From: Candidatus Bathyarchaeota archaeon
GTDB taxonomy: Archaea; Thermoproteota; Bathyarchaeia; 40CM-2-53-6
Length of the DNA stretch: 64,000 bases
Direction of reading: 5' to 3'
Assembly (NCBI GenBank): GCA_963726255.1
Contig: CAVSBL010000002.1
Span: 128,001 to 192,000 of the forward strand
Shown here piece by piece: positions 36,722 to 46,743 of this stretch. The notes below the pieces were generated by a model. That model had not been told where the DNA came from and ran no database searches. It saw only the letters and a program-made list of their open reading frames with translations. The position numbers and the translations under genes were made by a program. Position 1 is the stretch's first letter; each line of letters opens with the position of its first letter.

Positions 36722-37372
36722 GTGGCGCCGCCGCGAATGGCTTCCGGGAGAATTCTTCAAATCCTGCAAACGCTCTCGCGACAACCAAGCCCGGGGCCAG
36801 CTCCTGCCTTCACACATGTTGATGTCGCTCAAGCAATTCTTACAATTGGAGATGAAGGCCAGATCGGGAGAATTGAGCTTTCAAGGAGATTAGGGGTTGG
36901 CGAGGGCGCGGCACGTACGATCATAAAGCATCTGATGCAAGCAAACTTGATTAAAGTCGCGAAAAACGGGTGCGTGTTGACGAAGCGCGGAGCACCACTT
37001 TACAAATCACTGAGGTCAAAGGTTTCCAAGGTCTCCCGAGTAGAGGCGAAGCAGTTTGCCCTCGACAGAGTCAGTGCGGCTGTCTCAGTCAGGCGAGTAG
37101 GGCGCTTCATGAAGAAGGGTATCGAGCAGAGAGATGCCGCCATACGGGCTGGAGCGACAGGAGCTTGCACACTCGTATTTCAGGGCCGAGAATTCTCGAT
37201 GCCGATGAGTGAGACTGAGGATTGGAGGTTGAGCCGAGATGATCCGCTCTTCCAGGACTTGAGAAAACTGTTCAGCCCAGAGGAGGGTGACGTAGTGGTG
37301 TTAAGCAGCGCTCCCGATAGGGCGACAGCTGAGCACGGAGCTATGGCTGCCGCTCTGACGTTGATGGCATGA
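36722..37372 (+). CDS. Winged-helix protein (DUF4443/DUF2111-like)
   Basis: GPAPAF, IGRIELSRRLGVGEG, GIEQRDAAIRAGATGA. Confidence 0.8.
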   Translation: MAPPRMASGRILQILQTLSRQPSPGPAPAFTHVDVAQAILTIGDEGQIGRIELSRRLGVGEGAARTIIKHLMQANLIKVAKNGCVLTKRGAPLYKSLRSKVSKVSRVEAKQFALDRVSAAVSVRRVGRFMKKGIEQRDAAIRAGATGACTLVFQGREFSMPMSETEDWRLSRDDPLFQDLRKLFSPEEGDVVVLSSAPDRATAEHGAMAAALTLMA

Positions 37373-37411
37373 TTATTTCGCAGCAGGAACGCTGAGAGTT
37401 CTTGTCCCGCT

Positions 37412-38482
37412 TCATTTGCCTCGGATGAATTCTTCGAGCATGCGTCTGGCTACATCGTCGGGGTATTGTTCTGGCGGGGATTTCATAAAGTATGCCGAAG
37501 GTGCCTTCAATGCGCCGGCGATGCCTCTATCCAATGCCAGCTTGGCGCATCTGATGGCATCGATCACAACGCCTGCGCTGTTCGGGGAATCCCAGACTTC
37601 AAGCTTGGTTTCAATGTTCAGTGGGACGTTTCCGAAGGTGGTCCCCTCTAAGCGGATGTAGGCCCATTTGCGATCCAACAGCCACGGCACGTAATCGCTC
37701 GGGCCAATGTGCACGTTGTCAGGGTTCATCTTATAGTCGAGTACTGAGGTCACTGCGCCGGTCTTTGAGATCTTCTTACTTTCCAGCCTCTCCCGTTCCA
37801 GCATGTTGAGAAAATCTGTGTTTCCGCCCACATTGAGCTGCATGGTGCGTTCAAGTTTGACACCTCGGTCTTTGAAGAGTTGAGTGAGAACTCTATGAAC
37901 GATTGTTGCGCCGACTTGTGATTTGATATCGTCTCCGATTATTGGAAGGCCGCGTTTCTCAAACACTTGTTGCCATCGCTTTTCTCTCGCTATGAAGACG
38001 GGGATGCAGTTTACGACTGCGCACCCTGCATCCAGCGCCTGTTCCACGTACCATTTGGTGGCGAACTCGCTGCCAACGGGAAGGTAATTGAGGACAATAT
38101 CCGTTTTAGTTTCCTTCAAGACGTGGCTTACGTCTACCGTGTGGGACGGATGCTTCTCTATGACCTTGCTCAGGTATTTTCCTAACCCATCGTGGGTCAT
38201 GCCTCGTTGAACCTCCACGCCGAGCCTCGGGACGCTGCTGAACTTTATCGTGTTGTTGGGTTTCGTGTAAATTGCGTCCGCTAGATCCTTCCCAACCTTG
38301 TTCTTGTCGATGTCAAAGGCGGCGGTGAAGGTCACGTCACGAACGTGATAGCCGCCCAACCTAACGTGCATCAATCCCGGAACGAACTGATTGTCCTTGG
38401 CATCCTTGTAGAATTCTACCCCTTGAACGAGGGAGGATGCGCAGTTGCCCACGCCGACGATTGCAACGCGAATCTTTGCCAT
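37412..38482 (-). CDS. ino1: Myo-inositol-1-phosphate synthase
   Basis: [47 protein letters not shown]. Confidence 0.96.
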   Translation of the reverse strand: MAKIRVAIVGVGNCASSLVQGVEFYKDAKDNQFVPGLMHVRLGGYHVRDVTFTAAFDIDKNKVGKDLADAIYTKPNNTIKFSSVPRLGVEVQRGMTHDGLGKYLSKVIEKHPSHTVDVSHVLKETKTDIVLNYLPVGSEFATKWYVEQALDAGCAVVNCIPVFIAREKRWQQVFEKRGLPIIGDDIKSQVGATIVHRVLTQLFKDRGVKLERTMQLNVGGNTDFLNMLERERLESKKISKTGAVTSVLDYKMNPDNVHIGPSDYVPWLLDRKWAYIRLEGTTFGNVPLNIETKLEVWDSPNSAGVVIDAIRCAKLALDRGIAGALKAPSAYFMKSPPEQYPDDVARRMLEEFIRGK

Positions 38483-38638
38483 TATGCATGCGCCCAAACT
38501 CTGAGGGTGGCTCGTGAAGCTGCTGAAGTCATATGTAAAGAGCTAGTTCGCGGCGTGGAGGTGAAAACGACTGGGGCGTAGGTTATAGAGAAACTATATT
38601 GGCGGTCGGGTGAATCCAATAGTCCAATTGTCATACTG

Positions 38639-39820
38639 GTGAGCAGAGGATTGGACAAGGGAGAACAGACATCGCTCTTACACGACGTAGATGAGTTCTG
38701 CAAGGAACTGAGGCCTATTGAAGAGGTCTGCTACGTCGAGCACACTTTCAATGAGCAACTGATTCCGTTATGCAGAAAGTACAACCTTCTCGGTATCCCA
38801 GTCAGAAAAGAGTATGGCGGCCGCGGAGCGGATTCGCTAACGTATGCGAGAGCTTTAGCTCGTATCGGAATGGAAGGAACTGGTATTCGAACGTTTTTCT
38901 CGGGCCACACATCCATCGGGCAGGTTCCAATCCAGAATTGGGGAAACGAAGAGCAACGTAAGCGTTACCTTCCGCCATCCACAAAGGGGGAGAAAATTCT
39001 CGCGTTCGGTTTGACGGAACCCGAGGCTGGCAGCAACCCGCTTGAAATGAAAATGACATACCATGAAGAGGCAGGTAACTATGTTCTGAACGGAGTCAAG
39101 TACCTAATCTCTAATGCGGGGATTGCCCATGCCATTGTGACCTTCGCATACCCCAAGGCCGGAGGCCGCGTAAGTGCGTTCATAGTTGACACTGACAAGG
39201 AAGGAATTCTGAGACAGGATTTGACGACGAAACTGGGGATGCCAACTGCCAATACTGCGCTCTTCGAGTTGCACGACTACCCCGTGCCAAAGGAGAATAT
39301 GCTTGGCAAGGAGGGAGACGGGTTCAAGATCGCCATGTCCACGCTGATGAGCGGCCGTTTGAGTGTTGCCGCAGGGTGCGTCGGTGTGATTGCCGACTGT
39401 CTAAATGAGATAGTGCGCTACTCTAAGGAAAGGAGCCAACACGGAAAGCCGATCGCAAAACATCAACTCGTACAGGAACATATTGCAATGGTGAGAACTG
39501 AATTGGACGCCGCAATGTGCCTAGTCTACAAGTCCGCCCGCGCCAAGAATGCGTATGATGCAGATCCCACGAACGCGAAGGTCCGCGCCTATGCTGACCG
39601 GTTGATTGCTGAAGGCAAGTTCTATTCTTCCAACGCGGCCTGGGACGCTGCAGATAGGGCGGTGCAGGTTTTCGGAGGGCGAGGTTTCTCCTACCTATTC
39701 AGGCCTGGCAGGCATTTGATGGATGTTAGGGTCTGTAGGCTGTATGAAGGAACGGATGAGATTATGAAGCTGAAAATCGCGTCCGCCGTCTTGGGCAAAG
39801 AGTACGAGGCGTACAGATAA
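38639..39820 (+). CDS. Acyl-CoA dehydrogenase (paralog of 7688-8911)
   Basis: AFGLTEPEAGS, QHGKPIAKHQLVQ, QVFGGRG, YEGTDEIM. Confidence 0.95.
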   Translation: MSRGLDKGEQTSLLHDVDEFCKELRPIEEVCYVEHTFNEQLIPLCRKYNLLGIPVRKEYGGRGADSLTYARALARIGMEGTGIRTFFSGHTSIGQVPIQNWGNEEQRKRYLPPSTKGEKILAFGLTEPEAGSNPLEMKMTYHEEAGNYVLNGVKYLISNAGIAHAIVTFAYPKAGGRVSAFIVDTDKEGILRQDLTTKLGMPTANTALFELHDYPVPKENMLGKEGDGFKIAMSTLMSGRLSVAAGCVGVIADCLNEIVRYSKERSQHGKPIAKHQLVQEHIAMVRTELDAAMCLVYKSARAKNAYDADPTNAKVRAYADRLIAEGKFYSSNAAWDAADRAVQVFGGRGFSYLFRPGRHLMDVRVCRLYEGTDEIMKLKIASAVLGKEYEAYR

Positions 39821-40270
39821 TTATCCTGCGGATTCAAGCTTTGACTTTACACATTCGAAGAACTGCTGCGTGAATCTGTTCGTGCTGCTCTGAATAAGGC
39901 TAGGGGAAATCTCGCCTAACAAACCACCAAGTTCTGCGTCAGTCCTCCAAGCCAATTCCGTTGTCCCAGAGTCTACTTCATTCAGGTCCATGGTTGCATT
40001 TAATTGAACGGAAACGCCCGCACCCTTACCAAAGGCTTGGAATCTTGAATGAGAGGGAGGTTGCTGGTCGAGCAAGGTGAAATCAAATCTGAAACTCCCA
40101 CGAACGAAAGCGATTCCGACTTTCACGGTCACCGAGAAGGTTTTCGAATCCTTGACTTCTAGGCTTTGCAAATCTGGAAGGCACTTAACAATTTCCTCCG
40201 GCCTCGAAATGAACTGCCAAACCTCAGCGCGCGGCCTCTTCAGAATGTAGGCGCCTTCGAGATGCATCAA
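39821..40270 (-). CDS. CoxG/SRPBCC family protein (paralog of 9026-9475)
   Basis: MHLEGAY...VWQFISRP...CLPDLQSL...VKVGI...GKGAG. Confidence 0.85.
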   Translation of the reverse strand: MMHLEGAYILKRPRAEVWQFISRPEEIVKCLPDLQSLEVKDSKTFSVTVKVGIAFVRGSFRFDFTLLDQQPPSHSRFQAFGKGAGVSVQLNATMDLNEVDSGTTELAWRTDAELGGLLGEISPSLIQSSTNRFTQQFFECVKSKLESAG

Positions 40271-40456
40271 TCGTCGTGTTAAACCAGAGCCGTTGGTTCA
40301 TAAAAACTGTCTTGAAGGCTTTAGACTACACCTTTCGTGTGCAGTTCTGAAATGCGATGGGCATCGTAACCCAGTAATGTGTGCAGGATTTCATCTGTAT
40401 GTTCGCAAGTAACTTCAGAGGGCCATGTAAGGGTGCCCGCGAAGGGCACTGGGTCT

Positions 40457-40957
40457 TCAATTATTTCCGGTCGGGGGCTTGGTGAGAATAGTCTTGCTCA
40501 CTAAGACATATGCACAATATCCTATCATGACCGCGATGAATTGGCAGATGAATGCTGAGTAGCCGGCTTCGGTTGATGAAATCCCTGAAACGATTGGCAA
40601 AAGGTAGGTCAGCCAAAGCGACGTTATGGCTACGTAGGCTAGGCAACCTGCAAGGGTACTAAACCTCCGTGCATAGTAGATTACCAGGAGGCCGATGAAC
40701 GAGAACAGCGGGGATAACGTGGCGATCGGTGATGCTTCCACGCCAAGGTTTGCTATGAATTGGCCAAGCGTCAACCCAAATACGGCTGGCATCCCGAAAA
40801 TGGCGACGAAGGCGCTTGGCATTTCACCTATCTTGACTTGGTATGCGAGCAACGGGATTTTGGGGAGCCCTAAGGTACCTGCGGCGTAGATAGCGGTGAA
40901 GATGACGAACGTCCCAAAGTCTTGTAGCTTCAACCTAAGAGTCGACTCCCCTGCCAC
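40457..40957 (-). CDS. QueT-like membrane transporter
   Basis: TAIYAAGT, QVKIGE, GLTLGQFIAN. Confidence 0.7.
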   Translation of the reverse strand: MAGESTLRLKLQDFGTFVIFTAIYAAGTLGLPKIPLLAYQVKIGEMPSAFVAIFGMPAVFGLTLGQFIANLGVEASPIATLSPLFSFIGLLVIYYARRFSTLAGCLAYVAITSLWLTYLLPIVSGISSTEAGYSAFICQFIAVMIGYCAYVLVSKTILTKPPTGNN

Positions 40958-41775
40958 ATCAGAGCGAAGAGCACCAACCAGATTATGTGCACGAAGTGCC
41001 AGTACGTTGAGGTAGCCTCAACAAACCCATGGTTCTTCGGGGAGTATTGCCCCATGAATGCCCGGATGTCAGTATAGCCATAGGCGATTACTCCGACAAC
41101 TACGTGCGCTCCGTGAATTCCCGTTAGGAGAAAGAAGGTTGCCCCGAAGAATCCGCTTGCCGGAGTCAGTATGTTATTTAGAATCAGGTGCGGCCATTCG
41201 AAGCCGAATTGAAGAATAGGAAACAGGCTCCCTAGAATCGTAGTTCCAACGATACCCGCCTTGAAGGCTCTCTGCCTGCCCAGTTTCAGTTGCCAAACAG
41301 CCCATTCTACAAGAACGCTGCTTGAGATCAGTACGAGTGTCTGGATGCGGGCGATTGAGTCGTCCAGGATTGGTGCCCCAGCAGGTGGCCAAAACGGGAA
41401 CTGGGCTCTGATTGCAAAATACATTCCGAAGGCTCCTCCGAAAAGAAGAAGCTCCGTGAGAATGATGATTTGGATTGTAAGGTTAATGTCGACGGGGAAT
41501 GGGCCGAGCACTGTGTCTCGCGGTAGTCGAGGAAGAGATTTGGTCATGGCAGAGGACCAGTTCCTCGTCTCGCTGTAGAGGAACCCCACCAGAACAGCGC
41601 CAAATGATAGCATCATCAACAAGCCCGCCAACCAGATTACCCCTTTGAAAAGGAAGAAGAGGCCTGTTACTGCCACTCCAGTGGCAAGGGCGATAAGTAC
41701 TGGCCAGATGCTATGTTCCAAATATTCCGGAACATGTTCTTGTGGCATTTTCGAAGTTTCTCCGGCAGTACCCAA
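40930..41775 (-). CDS. coxC: Heme-copper oxidase subunit III
   Basis: SIWP, TELLLFGG, FFLLTGIHGAHV, YWHFVHIIW. Confidence 0.92.
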   Translation of the reverse strand: MGTAGETSKMPQEHVPEYLEHSIWPVLIALATGVAVTGLFFLFKGVIWLAGLLMMLSFGAVLVGFLYSETRNWSSAMTKSLPRLPRDTVLGPFPVDINLTIQIIILTELLLFGGAFGMYFAIRAQFPFWPPAGAPILDDSIARIQTLVLISSSVLVEWAVWQLKLGRQRAFKAGIVGTTILGSLFPILQFGFEWPHLILNNILTPASGFFGATFFLLTGIHGAHVVVGVIAYGYTDIRAFMGQYSPKNHGFVEATSTYWHFVHIIWLVLFALMWQGSRLLG

Positions 41776-41906
41776 TTTTAGGAGCCCTTCGCCCAGCGCA
41801 GCTGCATGAAATATAAATTTTCGGTAAAGCGCATCTCAATTATAGCATCCGACAAAAATCACATTCTTATTAGCTAAGGTTTACTTTTCGCAGGGCTCGA
41901 ATAACC

Positions 41907-42803
41907 TTGGTTTCACGGCGGCTCTACGAAATTCTTGGTATTGCATGCGGTTTCGTACTCATCGACTATGGTTTCAGCTTCGTTGCCGCAGGCTTCCCAG
42001 GAGCGCGCGCATTGACTTCGCAACTGCTTGGCGCCAACTTACTGGTTGGAGGGTCGGTTGCAGTTTTCGCTTCCCTTTACTATTTGCTTAAACCTGACTC
42101 TGTACCTAGTCCAACGGTGACATCGACTCCGTTGTCTCCTCCGGATGTGGGTGTGGAGACGATTGTAGAGGAAGAGACGCCCCCGAAATCAGGGTTCTAC
42201 AGAAATATCGAGTACGTGGGATATTTCTTTACGGTTCTAGGCCTCTTTTCTGCTGCGGACCTAGTTCTCCAAGTCTTCCTTCGCTCCACATACAACGAAG
42301 GCCGGTGGTGGGTTGAAGTCCTGCTTGTAACCTTCGGGGTACTTTCCTACACAATCTTCGGCTCCATTGGTCGCCTTGGGTCCCAAGAAGAAGCCAAATT
42401 GGCGGGCCCACCTGCCCAGCCTAGACTCTACCCCGACAATGTAGCGCCGCCACCAACAGCACCTACGATGCCCAGCCCATCACTCCCGGAGTCTTTGGAA
42501 ATACAAATCGTAGACTTTACGAGGTCGCCGAGCGGCGAATACGAACAGCATCTGTCGGGCCAAGTTTACGACATGTTCCGAATAGAAAGAGAGGGCGTCA
42601 CAGTTTGGAGAGAAGATAGGCAGAGAATTCGTTCTGTCTATTTGGCTGGGCCATATGAGGTAAGCAGGAAGATGTTGGAAGAAGGCGTGAAGCGCGACGA
42701 AGAGTTGAAGATCGGGTCTTTGAAGCTCTCGGTTGATTCGATGCAAGGTTTGCTGGCTTTGCTTGAGCGCCCACCTGAAAGCGCCACTCCTGTTTCGAGT
42801 TAG
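41907..42803 (+). CDS. Membrane hypothetical protein lying antisense within the oxidase cluster
   Basis: Four hydrophobic segments, Pro-rich linkers, soluble C-terminal domain. Confidence 0.65.
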   Translation: MVSRRLYEILGIACGFVLIDYGFSFVAAGFPGARALTSQLLGANLLVGGSVAVFASLYYLLKPDSVPSPTVTSTPLSPPDVGVETIVEEETPPKSGFYRNIEYVGYFFTVLGLFSAADLVLQVFLRSTYNEGRWWVEVLLVTFGVLSYTIFGSIGRLGSQEEAKLAGPPAQPRLYPDNVAPPPTAPTMPSPSLPESLEIQIVDFTRSPSGEYEQHLSGQVYDMFRIEREGVTVWREDRQRIRSVYLAGPYEVSRKMLEEGVKRDEELKIGSLKLSVDSMQGLLALLERPPESATPVSS

Positions 42804-42809
42804 TCTGAG

Positions 42810-42899
42810 CTACTTCGTTAAGAGGGCACGTAGGATAACCGATATCACGACGACAGTCGTTATGGCGAACGCGATCACAACCACCTGCTCTTTACTCAT
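42810..42899 (-). CDS. 29-aa single-helix membrane peptide at the end of the cox operon
   Basis: MSKEQVVVIAFAITTVVVISVILRALLTK; ATGA overlap with the ctaA stop. Confidence 0.55.
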   Translation of the reverse strand: MSKEQVVVIAFAITTVVVISVILRALLTK

Positions 42900-43357
42900 C
42901 TAGCGTGCATCCCCCCAGAATCGGAGAACAGAGCGGTCAGGGTTGTTGTCAACGCGCTAGCGAACACCAACGTCGCTACGGCAAGGTGAGAGGTGACCAC
43001 GATCGGTAGCGTCCTCGTGCTTACGGTCACCATGCCAAGAATGATTTGGCAAAACAACAAGACGAAAGTTAGCGTCGAAAGTTTCGTTAGCCTGCTACGC
43101 CAATGGTATTTGCTCCAAGCAAAAAGCATCGTAGCTACAACTAACATCGTAACGACGATTGTCCAAACCCTATGTGTGAACTCGATCAGAACACTGAGCG
43201 TCAGCGCCGGAACCACCTGTCCTCGGCACAGGGGCCAATCTGGGCAGGCTAGTCCGGAACCCGTGGAGGACACTACTCCGCCGATTACTATCAGGATGTA
43301 GACGGCGATTGCTGTGGCCAGCGACAAGTAGCGGAAGGCTGTGAGCTTCAAGGCCAT
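42896..43357 (-). CDS. ctaA: Compact (half-size) heme A synthase
   Basis: GSGLACPDWPLC, IEFTHR, QIILG, HL; start ATG 43357 or TTG 43351 overlapping the subunit I stop. Confidence 0.85.
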   Translation of the reverse strand: MALKLTAFRYLSLATAIAVYILIVIGGVVSSTGSGLACPDWPLCRGQVVPALTLSVLIEFTHRVWTIVVTMLVVATMLFAWSKYHWRSRLTKLSTLTFVLLFCQIILGMVTVSTRTLPIVVTSHLAVATLVFASALTTTLTALFSDSGGMHAR

Positions 43358-44835
43358 GGGTCTCCGGTTACCCGTGGCCCGCGAAGCCAACTGAAAACCA
43401 GGTTTAGCACCAGAATGATCACGCCTATTCCTATGAGGAAACCTGCGATGCTGGCCAGAAGGTTCGGCGTTGCGTACTGGAGTGGGTAGGTGTACCAGCG
43501 CCGTGGCATGCCTTCCATCCCGAGGAGTAGCATCATCGAGAAGAGGAGGAAAAGGCCGACTTCCGTAATTACGAATTGGATGTTTCCCCATTTTTCGTTA
43601 TACATTCTTCCCGACATGTAGGGGAAGTAGAAGTATAGGGCAGCGAAAATGGCTTGAGTTGAGGAGCCCAAGAGCATGAGGTGCAGGTGGCCGACAACCC
43701 AGTATGTGTCGTGAAACAAGTAGTCTACGGGAATCGCCGCTTGAAAGACGCCTGTGGCGCCGGCGAAGAAGAACGTGGAGATGAATGCTATGGCATATTT
43801 CATCGGCACCTTAAGGCTGATACGACCCCCTAGCATTGTCCCAATCCAATTGAACACTTTGATTCCAGACGGGACGGCGATGGCGAGGGTCATAGCCATG
43901 AAGGGAAATCGGGCGGTTATCGATAGCCCCGATGTGAACATGTGGTGCGCCCACACGCCGAACCCGAAGACACCTATCATGATTCCGGACCCGGCGACCA
44001 TTCCATACCCGAAAATCTTCTTGTGAGACATGATCGGGATTATTTCGGATATTAGCCCAAATGCTGGAATAATCATTATGTATACTTCGGGGTGGCCGAA
44101 GAACCAGAACATGTGCTGCCACATAAGCGGGTCGCCCCCTAGTTTGGGCAGAAAGAATCCTGTTCCAAGGTTTCGGTCGAAAAGAAGCATTACCAGTGCG
44201 GCTGAGAGGACAGGGGTTGCGCCAATGATCAAGAATGAGTTAACTAAGATCATCCAGACGAAGAGCGACATGTTTCTGAACATGACGCCGGGGCCGCGGA
44301 GCCTGTAGATTGTGACGACGAAGTTCACAGCGCCCAGTATCGAAGAGACACCGAGAACGGTCAGGCCCAGAAGCCATAGGTCAATCCCATAGCCGGGGGA
44401 ATAAACTGAAAGGGGTGCGTAGCCGCTCCAACCCGCGTCAGGTAACCCTGCCCAGATCAGAGCACCCCCGACCGGAAGCAGCCAGAAGCTTAGCGCGTTT
44501 AGACGGGGGAAGTACATGTCTTTGGCCCCGATTAATTTCGGCACTAAGTAGTTCCCGAATCCGACGAGGCAGGGTATCACCCACAGGAAAATCATCGTGG
44601 TGCCATGGGTTGTGAAGAGGCTGTCGTAAATCTCAGGCGTTACAACAGCATTCCCAGGCTCAGCCAGTTGGGTTCTGATTAATAGCGCCGCGACGCCGCC
44701 CAAGATGAAGAAGAAGAACGAAGTGCAGATGTAGAGAATGCCAATGTCGGTATGATGCGTGGTTGTGAGTATCCCTCTCAAGCTAGAATAGAACGCTGGC
44801 GTTTCTTTCGGTTTTTCCTCAACTGTGACTTGCAA
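43348..44835 (-). CDS. coxA: Heme-copper oxygen reductase subunit I, A1 type
   Basis: THGTTMIF, DMYFPRLN, FWFFGHPEVY, VWAHHMF, PSGIKVF, VGHLH. Confidence 0.96.
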   Translation of the reverse strand: MQVTVEEKPKETPAFYSSLRGILTTTHHTDIGILYICTSFFFFILGGVAALLIRTQLAEPGNAVVTPEIYDSLFTTHGTTMIFLWVIPCLVGFGNYLVPKLIGAKDMYFPRLNALSFWLLPVGGALIWAGLPDAGWSGYAPLSVYSPGYGIDLWLLGLTVLGVSSILGAVNFVVTIYRLRGPGVMFRNMSLFVWMILVNSFLIIGATPVLSAALVMLLFDRNLGTGFFLPKLGGDPLMWQHMFWFFGHPEVYIMIIPAFGLISEIIPIMSHKKIFGYGMVAGSGIMIGVFGFGVWAHHMFTSGLSITARFPFMAMTLAIAVPSGIKVFNWIGTMLGGRISLKVPMKYAIAFISTFFFAGATGVFQAAIPVDYLFHDTYWVVGHLHLMLLGSSTQAIFAALYFYFPYMSGRMYNEKWGNIQFVITEVGLFLLFSMMLLLGMEGMPRRWYTYPLQYATPNLLASIAGFLIGIGVIILVLNLVFSWLRGPRVTGDPWP

Positions 44836-44852
44836 CGCTCATCTTAGCTCCG

Positions 44853-45329
44853 TCACGCGACTGCGACGAGTTGGCCTATCATCGTATAATGACCTGTACC
44901 ACAGAACTGTGTGCATTCAATCCGGTATTGTCCCGGGCTGTCTGCCCTCAGCCAGTAATGGTTATCATGGCCTGGAATGGCATCGATGTGAATTCCCAGC
45001 TCATAAATGAAGAAACTATGTGCCACATCCATGCTAACGATCTCTAAATCTACTTCCTGCCCAGCCTTAACGTAGAGGGTGTTCTGTATGGAAGTTCCGT
45101 TAGGATATTCTTTGGTTGTTCCGTTGGGGAACGTTATCGAACTTCCTGGTGCATATTCGAACGTCCAGTAAAATTGACGGGCGATGACTTTCACATGGAG
45201 CGCTCCCGGTTGTTGGGGTGGTGTATCTACGGCGATTAACTGAACGCCGGCCACGACTCCTATGTATGCTAGAACGACGGAGGTGATCAGTATGGATAGA
45301 ATCTCAATGGCATTAGTCTTCGAAACCAT
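44853..45329 (-). CDS. coxB: Oxidase subunit II, C-terminal part (one TM helix + CuA domain)
   Basis: ARQFYWTFEY, DVAHSF, DAIPG, CTQFCGTGHYTM. Confidence 0.92.
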   Translation of the reverse strand: MVSKTNAIEILSILITSVVLAYIGVVAGVQLIAVDTPPQQPGALHVKVIARQFYWTFEYAPGSSITFPNGTTKEYPNGTSIQNTLYVKAGQEVDLEIVSMDVAHSFFIYELGIHIDAIPGHDNHYWLRADSPGQYRIECTQFCGTGHYTMIGQLVAVA

Positions 45330-45562
45330 TACTTCGCACCAGCCTTTTGCGGTTTCTCTCTAAATCTGATTATGGCGTAGAACAGAAGACCGAAGACTAC
45401 TAGCCCCACAATTATTCCAATGATCAGAATCTGGTTGAACAGGGCCCATTCGGCTTCAACTTGAAAGGACTGCGCGAAAGCGAAGGGTGTTGACAGGAAG
45501 AAAACGAAAAAAACAACTAATGCGAGCAGTTTGCGTGTGAAACGCAGGGCGTGTACTTGCAC
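45329..45562 (-). CDS. Oxidase subunit II N-terminal part (signal peptide + first TM helix) as a separate gene
   Basis: Signal ending AFA, LFNQILIIGIIVGLVVFGLLFYAIIRFR typical of subunit II helix I; TAATG overlap with coxB. Confidence 0.75.
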   Translation of the reverse strand: MQVHALRFTRKLLALVVFFVFFLSTPFAFAQSFQVEAEWALFNQILIIGIIVGLVVFGLLFYAIIRFREKPQKAGAK

Positions 45563-45735
45563 TAAGGATTACCACAGCGATTTTGAGTGCTGCAAATCGT
45601 TTGGTCTGATATTTAGGTTTGGGTGTTCCTCGTTTCGGTAATGAAAAAAGGCAGTGCTAACATTTCCACATTTGCCTGTTCTGCTTTCAGGGGCAAAAGC
45701 CTACGGCTGCGACTGAAGAAAGAGGCACAGAAGAA

Positions 45736-46452
45736 TTGAATCGCATTGTTCCGTTAGGCCTGACTCCAAATGAAGCTAGGGGCTGGTATCTTCGCGCCGT
45801 GCTAATGCCGTGGCTACTGAGGGGCGTCATTGCAATCAGCGTCGCCTCCACGATGATTCTTTCTATGCTTACCACGCTACGCACCTACCTTGAGTCGACT
45901 TTGATTTTGCACATGGTGGCGGAACCATTCATCTATATCGCTGCGGGTTTTCTCCTAGCGTACGGACTACATTCGCTTCTATTTGTGGCGTCCCGGTTTC
46001 ACAAGAAGATCAAAGAAATCTACCGCCAACTCCTGAAGGCCAATTACGTATTCAATAGATGGGGCGTGTTCACCTTCATCATAGCTTGTCTACTAACTGC
46101 CTACTGGTACCTACCAGTCAATTTTGATGTAGCTGTGCTGAATGGTTTGGCTCATTATGAGATGCATATCACCTTACTCGTCGCAGGCGCTCTAGTGTAC
46201 GTAGGGTCGAGAGGGTTGACGAAGGGGGCGCGGCGACTTGCGCCGATAATTGTAGGGAAAGCGTTGGGTTTGTATGGTCTTGTTCTGCTCCTTACGCCCA
46301 CGTACATTTACTCTGTGTACCCTGTGTCCGAGCAGGTTGAAGCCGGCGTGGCTATGGAGGTCCTGATGTTCGTGCTGGATCTAACTGTTATGCCCCTCTG
46401 GTTGTACAATTACTTCGGCAAGGGTCCAGTAAGCTTAGAAAGGCAGCCATGA
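45736..46452 (+). CDS. DUF1404/CtaG-like oxidase assembly membrane protein
   Basis: LHMVAEP, YWYLP, HYEMH, YSVYPVSEQ; divergent from the cox operon. Confidence 0.65.
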   Translation: MNRIVPLGLTPNEARGWYLRAVLMPWLLRGVIAISVASTMILSMLTTLRTYLESTLILHMVAEPFIYIAAGFLLAYGLHSLLFVASRFHKKIKEIYRQLLKANYVFNRWGVFTFIIACLLTAYWYLPVNFDVAVLNGLAHYEMHITLLVAGALVYVGSRGLTKGARRLAPIIVGKALGLYGLVLLLTPTYIYSVYPVSEQVEAGVAMEVLMFVLDLTVMPLWLYNYFGKGPVSLERQP

Positions 46453-46487
46453 TTTCTTAGCAATTCAATCGGGATGGATGAACTAGT

Positions 46488-46727
46488 TTGGCTTACGAGT
46501 TCGTGGAAGCTTTCTCCTCAGTCTTTCCTAAGATTCGTATTACTCAGATTCTAGCGGTTCTAGGAATACTGGTGGACTTGGCCTGGAGGGTTGCAAGCCG
46601 CAATTTTGTGCACCCTTCATTTATCGACATTCCCGCCGCTCTCCTAGTCGGCCTCTATTTGGGAAAGCGCCCTAATGCGGTGAGGACGGACGAAGGGAAG
46701 AAGTCGAGATGGATTAGGCTGTCTTGA
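46488..46727 (+). CDS. Small membrane protein
   Basis: Two hydrophobic segments; fills the gap after the previous gene. Confidence 0.45.
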   Translation: MAYEFVEAFSSVFPKIRITQILAVLGILVDLAWRVASRNFVHPSFIDIPAALLVGLYLGKRPNAVRTDEGKKSRWIRLS

Positions 46728-46743
46728 GAGTCTCAATAGTACC

